From NCBI GenBank assembly GCA_035764385.1, contig DASTZI010000074.1:1-58208 (forward strand): a stretch of DNA of 58,208 nucleotides, given 5' to 3'. Positions 9,731 through 18,734 of the stretch are shown piece by piece. The DNA is from Vicinamibacterales bacterium (GTDB lineage Bacteria; Acidobacteriota; Vicinamibacteria; Vicinamibacterales; UBA2999). Both the position numbers and the translations under genes were made by a program. Within the stretch, counting starts at the first letter, position 1. The number at the start of each line of letters is the position of its first letter. The notes under the pieces were generated by a model. That model had not been told where the DNA came from and ran no database searches. It was given only the letters and a program-made list of their open reading frames with translations.

Positions 9731-10596
9731 ACGTCGTCATCGCCGGCGGCACCGGATTTCTCGGCTCGGCTCTGGCCTCCTCGTTTCGCGCGGATGGTCA
9801 TCACGTCACGATCATCAGTCGTCATCCGCGTGGTTCCGACCAGGTGGCCTGGAGCGATCGATCCGTACTCGAAGGGGCCGACGTCGTCGTCAACCTCGCC
9901 GGAACGTCACTGGATTCCGGACGATGGACCGAGGCACGCAAGGCGGAGATTCTCCAGAGTCGTGTGCACGCGACCGACTCGATTGTGAAGGCCATGTCGG
10001 AGGGATCACGGCGGCCTTCAGTGCTTCTGAATCAATCGGCGGTGGGCTTCTACGGCGCGCATGGATCCGAATCGCTGACGGAGGAATCGCCGTCGGGTTC
10101 CGATTTCCTCGCATCGGTCTGCGTCGCGTGGGAAGCGGCAGCGATGAACGCGGCCTGGATGACCAGGGTCATCCTGCTTCGCACGGGACTACCGCTCGAT
10201 TTGTCGGGTGGTGCGCTTCCCCGACTCGCGCTTCCCTTCCGCTTGTTCGCCGGCGGGCGTCTCGGATCGGGCCAACAGTACTGGTCGTGGATCCATCTCG
10301 ACGATTGGATCCGCTTGGTCAGGTGGGCGGTTGACGAATCGGGAATCAGCGGGCCGCTGAATGCGACGGCACCAGCCCCCGCGACCAACAGCGAGCTTGC
10401 AAGCGCACTCGGGCGCGTATTGCACCGGCCGGCGTTCGCGCCAGCTCCGGCATTCGTACTACGGTTGCTCCTGGGCGAAATGGCGGATGCGCTGATTCTC
10501 AGCGGTCAGCGTGTGCTGCCGGCGAAAGCGACCCGAAGCGGATTCCAGTTCCGGTATCCGGACATCGACTCGGCGTTGCAACAGATTTACAAGTAG
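9727..10596 (+). CDS. SDR-type epimerase family protein (TIGR01777/YfcH-like, C-terminal DUF1731)
   Basis: ATGA overlap with the transporter stop. Rossmann motif VVIAGGTGFLGSAL; C-terminal PAKATRSGFQFRYPDIDSAL. Confidence 0.85.
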   Translation: MNVVIAGGTGFLGSALASSFRADGHHVTIISRHPRGSDQVAWSDRSVLEGADVVVNLAGTSLDSGRWTEARKAEILQSRVHATDSIVKAMSEGSRRPSVLLNQSAVGFYGAHGSESLTEESPSGSDFLASVCVAWEAAAMNAAWMTRVILLRTGLPLDLSGGALPRLALPFRLFAGGRLGSGQQYWSWIHLDDWIRLVRWAVDESGISGPLNATAPAPATNSELASALGRVLHRPAFAPAPAFVLRLLLGEMADALILSGQRVLPAKATRSGFQFRYPDIDSALQQIYK

Positions 10597-11331
10597 CTAG
10601 GGCATCCCGATGAGGTACCGCTCGCCGGTAGGCGCGGGAACGCCACCTGCTGGTTCGAGCGTCACCGCGACAGCGACGGGCGGTGCGATGTCGGCAGGCG
10701 TCATGTAGAACTGCGTGCCGGCTCCGGTCGGATCCGGCGTCAACAGCCCCGCGCTGATCGGTGCCTGCGCCGTCACCACCCACACCTGATACGCCTTGCC
10801 CGCGGGCGCGGGCGGCAGGTTTGCGGCTGTGAATACGAGACCCCGCGAGCGACTCCACAACGCTCGTGCACGGGCGTCTGGCGCGACTTGCTGACCCTGC
10901 AGATCGATACGGGCCAGATCGGGGGCAGCAAGAACGGCGGTCGTCGCCTGCGCCTGATCGAAGCGCGCCCGCAGCTCGCCAATCTGGCGCTGCAGCCGCA
11001 CGGCGTAGATACCTGCACCAATCGCGATGATGATGGCCGCTGCGAGCGGAAGCCACGTCAACGCGGCCGGAGATTTTCGGTCGTGAATACGCGCATCCGC
11101 CCCAGCCCGCGACGTCGCGCCCGACAGAATGCGCTCGCGCAGCTCGGCACGCGGCGTGACCTGCGGCACCGCGGTCGCGAGCGCGCCGACGACGGGCCGC
11201 AGCGAAGCGACCTCCTCTGCACACTCCGCGCATCCGGCGAGATGGGACTCGAACGCACGCCGTTCCTCCGGATCCAGGCTGCCGAGCACGTAGCCGGCGG
11301 CGTTCGCCTTCAGCTCGTCGTGCGCGGTCAT
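10597..11331 (-). CDS. Anti-sigma factor, zf-HC2 N-terminus with RskA-like C-terminus
   Basis: HLAGCAECAEE zinc-finger motif and one TM segment (WLPLAAAIIIAIGAGIYAV). Its start overlaps the stop of the upstream sigma gene (ATGA). Confidence 0.85.
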   Translation of the reverse strand: MTAHDELKANAAGYVLGSLDPEERRAFESHLAGCAECAEEVASLRPVVGALATAVPQVTPRAELRERILSGATSRAGADARIHDRKSPAALTWLPLAAAIIIAIGAGIYAVRLQRQIGELRARFDQAQATTAVLAAPDLARIDLQGQQVAPDARARALWSRSRGLVFTAANLPPAPAGKAYQVWVVTAQAPISAGLLTPDPTGAGTQFYMTPADIAPPVAVAVTLEPAGGVPAPTGERYLIGMP

Positions 11332-11930
11332 GCCCGCCCCTCCGTCAGGACGTCGCGAAGCTTGAGCAGGCCCATTCGAATGCGTGTCTTGACCGTGCCC
11401 AGCGGCTGCTCGAGACGTTCTGCGATTTCGCTGTGGCTGAGTCCTTCGTAATAGGCGAGCTCGATGGCCATCCGCTGCAGCATCGGCAACTCGCCAAGCG
11501 CGCGCCGCACCAGACGCGACCGCTCCTCGTCGAGCATGGTGGAGGTGGCGTCCGGCTGCGCATCGGGCATCTCGTCGAGGGTCTTCGTTTCGCCGGCCAC
11601 GGTCTCGACGCGCGTGCGACGCGCGCGAAGACGATCGATGGCCCGCGATCGCGCGATGGTGAGCAGCCAGGCGGCTACGGCACCACGCCGTGCGTCATAT
11701 CGCGAGGCCTGACGAAACGCCTGCGCGAAGACGTCCTGCAGCACGTCTTCCGCCTCGCTTTCGTTGCCGAGGATACGGAGAATGAGCGAATAGAGCGGCC
11801 GCGCGTGACGGTCGTACAAGCCGGCGGCCGCCGTCTGATCACCCGACGCGAGCCGCCGCAGGCGCGATTCGTCTTCCGCCTGCGACTCCGCCGCGGGCTG
11901 CAGACGCGCAAGAGCCGCGAGAAGCCACAT
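11328..11930 (-). CDS. ECF-type RNA polymerase sigma factor
   Basis: Region 2: LYDRHARPLYSLILRILGNESEAEDVLQDVFAQAF. Region 4: ELAYYEGLSHSEIAERLEQPLGTVKTRIRMGL. Confidence 0.9.
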   Translation of the reverse strand: MWLLAALARLQPAAESQAEDESRLRRLASGDQTAAAGLYDRHARPLYSLILRILGNESEAEDVLQDVFAQAFRQASRYDARRGAVAAWLLTIARSRAIDRLRARRTRVETVAGETKTLDEMPDAQPDATSTMLDEERSRLVRRALGELPMLQRMAIELAYYEGLSHSEIAERLEQPLGTVKTRIRMGLLKLRDVLTEGRA

Positions 11931-11976
11931 GTGCCCGTTGAATTCTACGAGTGATTGGGGCGATCGGATGTCGCGG

Positions 11977-12062
11977 TGCAGGGCGGGGCTTTATCCGCCT
12001 TCGCCTTCGGCTCCGGCGAGACCTCGCCGAAGCGCCTGCGCGGAGGCGGGCGCCCCGCCTCA
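11977..12062. repeat. Imperfect GC-rich palindromic element (core TCCGCCTTCGCC)
   Basis: GGGCGGGGC (11981-89) faces GCCCCGCC (12051-58). Nested arms CCTTCGGC/GCCGAAG lie inside. It shares the 12-mer TCCGCCTTCGCC with the element at 15758-15833. Confidence 0.6.
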
Positions 12063-12076
12063 TCTGCCATTTGGTG

Positions 12077-12763
12077 CTACTTGGCGTATTTCGCCAGCGC
12101 GGCACGCCATTCACCGACGGCATCCGGTGCGCCCGCCTGGCCGTCGAACACGACCTGTCTGGTCGTCAGGCGCTTGCCATAGAACCGTTGGTTTGCATCC
12201 TGGTCCTGACGAATCGTGCTGCCGTTGATCGTGACGCCGGCAAACAAACCGCGCGCACGCGAGTAGCTGAGAATCTGGGCGCGCAGTTGAATGTCGGTCG
12301 ATGCCTGCGCGTCGCGTCCGACCGGCCCGGCGGCGAGGGCCGCATCGGTCCCGATCTTGAACTGGTTGCTGACGAGATTCTGCAACCCGCGATCGCCGTT
12401 GATCACGAGAATGATGTCCGCTGATTCGCCGCCAATCTGCAGGCCGAAACTGCCGCCGGTCAGCGTCAGAAACGCGGGCGAGGACCATCCGTCGGCGGTA
12501 CGCCCGCTCAGGATGCCGCGGCCGCGCACGCCGCCAATGACCAGACCTGCCTTGATCGTGCTCGGAAAGATCGCAATCCCCATTGCCTTGCCGAGAATCG
12601 CCGTGGGAATCGACTTGTCCTCCGCGGCCATGATCTCGTCGAAGATCGTAGTCGCGTCCTTGACCCGCTTGGCCTCGTCGCTGTCCTTCTGCGCCCGCGG
12701 CTGCGCATGAAGGAACGTCATGAGGCAGACGGCCGCCGCGGCAACCGTCCAGAGTTTTTTCAT
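12077..12763 (-). CDS. SYLF (DUF500/Ysc84-like) lipid-binding domain protein, exported
   Basis: ATG at 12763 (MKKLWTVAAAAVCLMTFLHA signal peptide). Contains AMGIAIFPSTIKAGLVIGGVRGRGIL...GWSSPAFLTLTGGSFGLQIGGES.D.ILVI. Confidence 0.85.
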   Translation of the reverse strand: MKKLWTVAAAAVCLMTFLHAQPRAQKDSDEAKRVKDATTIFDEIMAAEDKSIPTAILGKAMGIAIFPSTIKAGLVIGGVRGRGILSGRTADGWSSPAFLTLTGGSFGLQIGGESADIILVINGDRGLQNLVSNQFKIGTDAALAAGPVGRDAQASTDIQLRAQILSYSRARGLFAGVTINGSTIRQDQDANQRFYGKRLTTRQVVFDGQAGAPDAVGEWRAALAKYAK

Positions 12764-12824
12764 GCGGCGATCATACATTCACCCGTGGGGCGAGCCTTGA
12801 TGGCTCGCCATAAAAGTTGGGGGA

Positions 12825-14093
12825 TCAGATAAACGCGGGGGCGTTAGTGCGAAAGTTGCCGCCGAGAATCACTGTTGAGTCGGCTCCCATCCACCTTTCG
12901 AGCACCTTGGCATAGACGGAGCGGAAGTCCGTTTCGTAGGTGACGTCGCCGCCGGCGTTCTCCAGCGTGATGTTGTCGGGACGCGGATTGAGGTCCGCCG
13001 CGGTGCCGTAGATGCCGCCGCGGACGGAACCGCCAATCACCATCATCAAGCCGCCTGCGCCGTGATCGGTTCCCTGGCTGCCGTTTTCAGAAATGCGGCG
13101 GCCGAATTCCGAGAACTCAATCATCAGCGTGCTGTCGAGGAGTCCCTGGTTCTTCAGGTCGTTGTAGAACGCGAGCAGGCCGTCGCCGACCGTGGTCATG
13201 AGGTCGGCGTAGGCGCCGCCACCCGCGTTGCCCTGACCCGAATGCGTGTCGAACCCCCCGGTCTGTACCCAGTAGACGCGGGTGCCGATGCCCTTCGAAA
13301 TCGACCCCGCAACGGTCGTGAGCGCCTGTGCGAAGCCGTTGTTGGGATACGCGACCGTCGGCTGATAACCGACAACGGATCCGACCCTGTCAAGCGTGGC
13401 GAACGCAGCTGTGGCGCTCGCGTTCACAAACGACAGGCTCGGTCGATCCGGCCCAGCCATCGAAGCAAGACGAATCGCCGAGTTGCGCTCGTAGATCGCT
13501 TCGGCGCCGCTGTTCGGGCTCGCGAAGCTGTAGTTCCGTGGATCGGTGATGGAAGGCATTGACAAGTGGTTGCCGGTCAACGCGCGATACGTGGCGCCCG
13601 AAGTATTCCATCCGGCGAGTGGATCGATCGGTGAGGGCAGCGTGTCGAGATAACGTCCCAGCCATCCGATGCCCGCCGAGTTGTTCGGGTCCGCAGTACC
13701 CCAGATGTCCGTTCCCTGGAAGTGCGACCGGCTGGAGTTCGGGTAGCCGGCACGCTGGATGATCGCGAGGCGTCCCTGATTGAAGATCGTTTGCAGGCCA
13801 TCGAGCCGCGGGTGTAAGCCGAGCGCCTTGCCGGACGACTCGGCGCCTATCTGCAGGACCTGCGCGGCCGGCACGGCAATCCCCGGGCGACGGCTGTAGT
13901 AGAACGGGTCCGTATACGGAACCAGCGTGTTCAGGGCGTCGTTGCCACCGGCGAGATAGATGACGACGAGGCTGCGAGACACCGCGCTCTGTGCGCGCGC
14001 GATGTCGACGAGGAATGCAGGAGCCGCGAAGCTGAGTGTGAACGCGGCGACGCCTTCACGGATGAATTCCCGACGCGTGACTCTGGTCGCCAT
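12825..14093 (-). CDS. DUF1501 family protein (sulfatase-like fold) with twin-arginine signal, copy 1
   Basis: Begins MATRVTRREFIREGVAAFTLSFAAPAF (Tat motif). Contains GGFDTHSGQ and SEFGRRISENGSQGTDHG. Confidence 0.9.
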   Translation of the reverse strand: MATRVTRREFIREGVAAFTLSFAAPAFLVDIARAQSAVSRSLVVIYLAGGNDALNTLVPYTDPFYYSRRPGIAVPAAQVLQIGAESSGKALGLHPRLDGLQTIFNQGRLAIIQRAGYPNSSRSHFQGTDIWGTADPNNSAGIGWLGRYLDTLPSPIDPLAGWNTSGATYRALTGNHLSMPSITDPRNYSFASPNSGAEAIYERNSAIRLASMAGPDRPSLSFVNASATAAFATLDRVGSVVGYQPTVAYPNNGFAQALTTVAGSISKGIGTRVYWVQTGGFDTHSGQGNAGGGAYADLMTTVGDGLLAFYNDLKNQGLLDSTLMIEFSEFGRRISENGSQGTDHGAGGLMMVIGGSVRGGIYGTAADLNPRPDNITLENAGGDVTYETDFRSVYAKVLERWMGADSTVILGGNFRTNAPAFI

Positions 14094-14102
14094 GGTGGTT
14101 CT

Positions 14103-15560
14103 TTACATGAACTGGTATTCGCCGGATCCGGCGATCAGGCGCGCAAGGCCAGGTGCCTTCGCATTCATTTGCGCATCGGAGCCTGTCCACGGTTCACCGG
14201 CGGCGAGATAGCCGAGCAGCTCCGTGGTTTCGTTGGCAGCAAACGGCGCGGGAGTCAGTCGTTTCAACATCCCGTCGAGCACGTCTGCGGGCTGCGCGCG
14301 CTCTGCGGCGCTGAACGAGCGCGCGAGATTGAATTTCTGGTTCGATGCAAGCGCCGCGGCGAAGTTCATTCGCGCGAGCATCTGCCCCGTGCCGAACCAC
14401 GCCGCTCCCAACTGCCAGCCGGCGACGTTGGGCGGTTCAAACAGGGTCTGGCCCATGTTGGTGAGCGGAACGCGGGCGGAATCGACCGAGAAGCCATTCC
14501 ATCCCATCTCCTTGATCGTCCGCACGACGTATTCAACAGGCCACGAGTACCGCGCGTTGAAGTTGCCGGGGTCCGTGAACCATCGTGAGTTGAGAATGTA
14601 GCGAAGCACCGCGCGCATATCCGTACCGGTGCGCAGGTACACATCGGTCACGGCTTCGATAAAGGCCGGATCGGCGGCTTCGAGATCCGATACGAAGAAG
14701 TTCCACAGCTTTCCCGCAAGACGACGCGCGGTCTCCGGATGGTTCGCCAACGACAGCAGCAGCTCAAACCCGTCCTGAAGGCCTGCGACGGCGCTGCGAG
14801 CGGGAATCGTGTTCGAGCCGCCGTTGATCGAGAACGTGAAGGTCTTCGCGGTCGTGTCATGGTCCGCGGGGCGGTAGACAAACTCCTGATACGCCGCAGC
14901 CAGCTCCCCGTTCTCCGCAACGCTTCGGAGGTTCCATCCGGTGAAGACGCGTGCGGCTGCGTAGACGTCAGCTTCGACGTAGTGGCCGAGCCCCCACGTA
15001 AAGAGCTCCATGACCTCGCGGCCGAAGTTTTCCTGCGGCCTTGTGTTCGTGTTCGTACGACCATCGAGAAACCACAGCATCGCCGGGTCCTGCGAGACGG
15101 CAAGCAACAGATCGCGGAACTTGTTGAGCCCCATCTGACGAAGCAGCTCGTAATGTCCCTGAGGCCCTGGTGTGTCGCCGGCCTTGTTGGCCATCAACTT
15201 CGTGCCGACTATGTTCCCCAGGGTGCCGGCCACCTTGCTGTAACCGACGCCGAAGTGGTTGTGCCAGAAGAGCGCCATTTTTTCCTGGAGAGGGCGCCTG
15301 GTGTGGATCATCCGAAACAGCCAACGCTGCCGCGCGTCGTCGATGTTGGTGCTCGGCGAGAACTGCCCGCGCGACGTCACGCTCACGTACTCTGCCAACC
15401 CGATCTTCGAATCCACATCGTCGGGTTGCTTTTCGAAATCGACGAGATAGTCGACGACGGCCGAATACGACAATCCAGCGACGGCCTGCAGGTCCGCCGC
15501 GCTTGCACCGAACCCCGCGCGTCGAAACAAGTGGTCGAGTAGCGGATTGCCCGATTGCAT
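14103..15560 (-). CDS. DUF1800 family protein, copy 1
   Basis: Start chosen at ATG 15560 (MQSGNPLLDHLFRRAGFGAS) by analogy with copy 2. Contains MALFWHNHFGV and FLDGRTNT..PQENFGREVMELFTWG. Ends 9 nt upstream of DUF1501 copy 1. Confidence 0.88.
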   Translation of the reverse strand: MQSGNPLLDHLFRRAGFGASAADLQAVAGLSYSAVVDYLVDFEKQPDDVDSKIGLAEYVSVTSRGQFSPSTNIDDARQRWLFRMIHTRRPLQEKMALFWHNHFGVGYSKVAGTLGNIVGTKLMANKAGDTPGPQGHYELLRQMGLNKFRDLLLAVSQDPAMLWFLDGRTNTNTRPQENFGREVMELFTWGLGHYVEADVYAAARVFTGWNLRSVAENGELAAAYQEFVYRPADHDTTAKTFTFSINGGSNTIPARSAVAGLQDGFELLLSLANHPETARRLAGKLWNFFVSDLEAADPAFIEAVTDVYLRTGTDMRAVLRYILNSRWFTDPGNFNARYSWPVEYVVRTIKEMGWNGFSVDSARVPLTNMGQTLFEPPNVAGWQLGAAWFGTGQMLARMNFAAALASNQKFNLARSFSAAERAQPADVLDGMLKRLTPAPFAANETTELLGYLAAGEPWTGSDAQMNAKAPGLARLIAGSGEYQFM

Positions 15561-15757
15561 GGGCGGTCTCCAGCAGCTTTGAGCTTGACCGACGCTTGCA
15601 CAGCGTCCGATCGCGCACGGACCGCGTGCACTGTTCGTACCCAATGTTTTTCGCTGAAGAACGGTGGGTTTCGTTGACTAGACCATCAACGACCGCAATA
15701 TTCCGGTGATCGAGAACAGGCGGCTGGGATCTGGGATAGGCCGGGAGCGCAGAGTAG

Positions 15758-15833
15758 GCCGGGTCCTTTCCGCCTTCGCCAAGGCTACGGCGGACCGCCA
15801 TAGCGCGAAGCGCGAAGGCTGGTTGGACCCGGC
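15758..15833. repeat. Imperfect GC-rich palindromic element (core TCCGCCTTCGCC)
   Basis: Outer arms GCCGGGTCC (15758-66) and GGACCCGGC (15825-33) pair perfectly. Inner arms CCGCCTTCGCC / GCGAAGGCTGG pair imperfectly. The right end abuts the stop of DUF1501 copy 2. Confidence 0.6.
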
Positions 15834-15836
15834 AGA

Positions 15837-17105
15837 TCAGATAAACGCGGGGGCGTTTGTACGGAAGTTCCCGCCGAGAATCGCAGTTGAGTCGGCGCCC
15901 AACCACCCATCGAGCACCTTGGCATAGACGGAGCGGAAGTCCGTTTCGTAGGTGACGTCCCCGCCCGCGTTTTCGAGCGTGGTGTTGTCCGGGCGCGGAT
16001 TGAGATCCGCAGCAGTCCCGTAGATACCTCCGTGCACGGCGCCGCCAATCACCATCATCATGCCGCCCGCGCCGTGATCGGTTCCCTGGCTGCCGTTTTC
16101 AGAAATGCGGCGGCCGAATTCCGAGAACTCAATCATCAACGTGCTGTTGAGCAGCCCCTGATTCTGCAGGTCCTTATAAAACGCCAGGAGGCCGTCGCCA
16201 ACCGTCGACATCAACGTCGCATAGCCGCCGCCGCCCGCATTGCCCTGGCCTGAATGCGTGTCGAAGCCGCCGGTCTGCACCCAGTAGACGCGCGTGCCGA
16301 TACCCTTCGCAATCGATCCAGCCACCGTCTTGAGCGCCTGGGCGAAGCCGTTGTTCGGGTAGGTCACCGAGGATTGATAGCTGACGACGGAGCCGACGCG
16401 GTCGAGGGTCGCAAACGCCTCCATGGCGCTGGTGTTGACGAACGCGAGGTTCGGACGATCGGAACCTGCGGCGGACGCAAGGCGAATGGCACTGTTACGT
16501 TCGTTAATCGCCTCGGCGCCGGAATTCGGGCTCGCGAAGCTGTAACCCGCGGGATTGGTGATGGATGGAACGGCGATGGTCGTGCCGGTCAGCGCTCGAT
16601 ATGTGGCGCCCGACGTGTTCCACCCGGCCAGCGGATCGATCGGTGATGGCAGTGCGTCGAGGTAGCGACCGAGCCATCCCGTGCCTCCGGAGTTGTTCGG
16701 ATCCGCGGTGCCCCAGATATCGGTTCCCTGGAAATGCGAACGACTCGAGTTCGCATAGCCGGCGCGCTGCACGATCGCGAGGCGTCCTTCGTTGAAAATC
16801 GTCTGCAGGCCTGTGAGGCGCGGGTGTAGACCGAGCGCCTTGCCCGACGCGTCGCTGCCGATCTGCAACACCTGGCCTGCCGGCACCGCAATCGCGGGGC
16901 GGCGACTGAAATAGAACGGATCGGTGTACGGGATGACGGTACTCAGTGCGTCGTTGCCGCCGGCGAGATAGATCACGACGAGGTTCCTGGAGACCGCGCC
17001 TTGAGCGCGTGCGATGTCAACCAGAAACGCCGGCGCCGCAAAGCTGACGGTGAACGCTGCGACGCCGCCGCGAATGAACTCCCGCCGCGTGACTTTGGTG
17101 GCCAT
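15837..17105 (-). CDS. DUF1501 family protein with twin-arginine signal, copy 2
   Basis: 422 aa, collinear with and highly similar to copy 1 (MATKVTRREFIRGGVAAFTVSFAAPAF...). Same length. Confidence 0.9.
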   Translation of the reverse strand: MATKVTRREFIRGGVAAFTVSFAAPAFLVDIARAQGAVSRNLVVIYLAGGNDALSTVIPYTDPFYFSRRPAIAVPAGQVLQIGSDASGKALGLHPRLTGLQTIFNEGRLAIVQRAGYANSSRSHFQGTDIWGTADPNNSGGTGWLGRYLDALPSPIDPLAGWNTSGATYRALTGTTIAVPSITNPAGYSFASPNSGAEAINERNSAIRLASAAGSDRPNLAFVNTSAMEAFATLDRVGSVVSYQSSVTYPNNGFAQALKTVAGSIAKGIGTRVYWVQTGGFDTHSGQGNAGGGGYATLMSTVGDGLLAFYKDLQNQGLLNSTLMIEFSEFGRRISENGSQGTDHGAGGMMMVIGGAVHGGIYGTAADLNPRPDNTTLENAGGDVTYETDFRSVYAKVLDGWLGADSTAILGGNFRTNAPAFI

Positions 17106-17114
17106 GTTTCTTCC

Positions 17115-18575
17115 TTAGACGAACTGATATTCGCCGGACCCGGCGATCAGACGAGCCAGGCCTGCGGCTTTGGTGCTCATCTGCGCGTCCGAGCCTGTCC
17201 ACGGTCCGCCGGTATTCAGATAGCCGAGTAGCTCGTTCAATTCCGGCGACTGATACGGCGCGGCCGTCAGGCGCTGCAGCATTGCGTTGAGCACACGCTG
17301 CGCCTGTGCGCGTTCGGTGGTGCTGAACGAGCGTGCGAGGTTGAACTTCTGATTGGCAGCCAGCGTCGCCGCGAAATTCATACGTGCGAGCATCTGCCCG
17401 GTGCCGAACCAGCCGCGCCCAAGCTGCCAACCCGCGACGTTCGGCGGCTCGAACAGCGTTTGTCCCATGTTGGTCAGCGGCACACGCGCGGAATCCACGG
17501 AGAATCCCGTCCACCCCATCTCCTTGATGGTGCGGATCACGAACTCGGCTGGCCAGGAAAGCCGCGCGTTGAAGTTGCCCTCACGCGTGAACCAGCCTGA
17601 GTTGAGGATAAAGCGCAGCACGGGACGCATTTCGGTGTCGGAGCGCAGGTAGACATCCGCGACCGCATCGACAAAGGCTCGGTCGGGCGCGTCGAGATCG
17701 GATACAAAAAAGTTCCACAGCTTCTGCGCGAGGCGGCGTGCCGTCTCAGGATGATTGGCAAGCGAGGTCAGGAAATCGATCCCGTCCTGCATGCCTGACG
17801 CAACGGCCCGCGCGGGGATCGTGTTCGAGCCGCCGTTGATCGGGAACGTGAATGCCTTCGCCGTCGGCTCGTGCTGAGCGGCGTTGTACTGAAACTCCTG
17901 GTACGCCGCCGGATCGTTTGCGACCATGCCTGGCACGTTTCGAAGGTTCCATCCCGTGAACACGCGGGCCGCCGCATAGACATCGGCTTCCGTGTAGTGG
18001 CCGATGCCCCACGTGAAGAGCTCCATCACCTCACGGCCGAAGTTTTCCTGCGGGCGTGCTCTGGTGTTGGTCCGTCCATCGAGGAACACGAGCATCGCCG
18101 GATCCTGTGCGACGGCAATGAGGAGATCACGGAATTTGCCGAGCGCCATCTGGCGCACCAGCTCGTAGTGGCCTTGTGGACCGGGCGTCTCGCCGGCCTT
18201 GTTCGCCATCATCTTGGTGCCAAGGACGGCGCCGACGACACCGGCTACCTTGCTGTAGCCGACGCCGAAGTGGTTGTGCCAGAAGAGCGCCATCTTCTCC
18301 TGGAGCGGTCGGCGCGTGTGCACCATGCGGAACAACCACCGCTGGCGGGCATCATCGATGTTCGTGTTCGGCGAGAACTGGCCGCGCGTCGTGACGCTGA
18401 CGTAGTCCGGCAACCCGATCTTCGAATCGACGTCGTCAGGCTGCTTGTCGTAGTCGACGAAATAATCGACTGCGGCGGCGTACGACATTCCGGCAGCCGC
18501 CTGAAGGTCCGCCGTACTGGCGCCGAAGCCGGCGCGCCGAAAAAGGTGGTCGAGAAGGGCGTCCCCTGATTGCAT
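17115..18575 (-). CDS. DUF1800 family protein, copy 2
   Basis: 486 aa. Begins MQSGDALLDHLFRRAGFGAS and is collinear with copy 1. AGGAGA Shine-Dalgarno upstream. Confidence 0.9.
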   Translation of the reverse strand: MQSGDALLDHLFRRAGFGASTADLQAAAGMSYAAAVDYFVDYDKQPDDVDSKIGLPDYVSVTTRGQFSPNTNIDDARQRWLFRMVHTRRPLQEKMALFWHNHFGVGYSKVAGVVGAVLGTKMMANKAGETPGPQGHYELVRQMALGKFRDLLIAVAQDPAMLVFLDGRTNTRARPQENFGREVMELFTWGIGHYTEADVYAAARVFTGWNLRNVPGMVANDPAAYQEFQYNAAQHEPTAKAFTFPINGGSNTIPARAVASGMQDGIDFLTSLANHPETARRLAQKLWNFFVSDLDAPDRAFVDAVADVYLRSDTEMRPVLRFILNSGWFTREGNFNARLSWPAEFVIRTIKEMGWTGFSVDSARVPLTNMGQTLFEPPNVAGWQLGRGWFGTGQMLARMNFAATLAANQKFNLARSFSTTERAQAQRVLNAMLQRLTAAPYQSPELNELLGYLNTGGPWTGSDAQMSTKAAGLARLIAGSGEYQFV

Positions 18576-18734
18576 GACCTGGTCTCCTGGAGCGCTCGAA
18601 GCTTACCCCGATCGGTCCAATACTGGGGGGCGGTTTTGGTCGCGGCGATTACGGTTTTGCACGGGAAGACACGCCTCACCCCGCGGATCGCACACACGTT
18701 CTGACTGAAAAACCCTGCGCCGGGTTGCCGTGGC

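Noticed and set aside
10594-10599. Zero-spacer convergent stops (epimerase TAG / anti-sigma CTA) and the 14-nt convergent overlap of the Nudix and hemH genes (46420-46433)
   Set aside because: Compact convergent ends are common in dense high-GC genomes. No additional structure was seen there.
11931-11976. ECF-type autoregulated promoter (GAAC-N16-17-CGT) upstream of the sigma gene at 11930
   Set aside because: A CGTA lies near the start, but no GAAC-like -35 sits at the proper spacing. It cannot be supported by eye.
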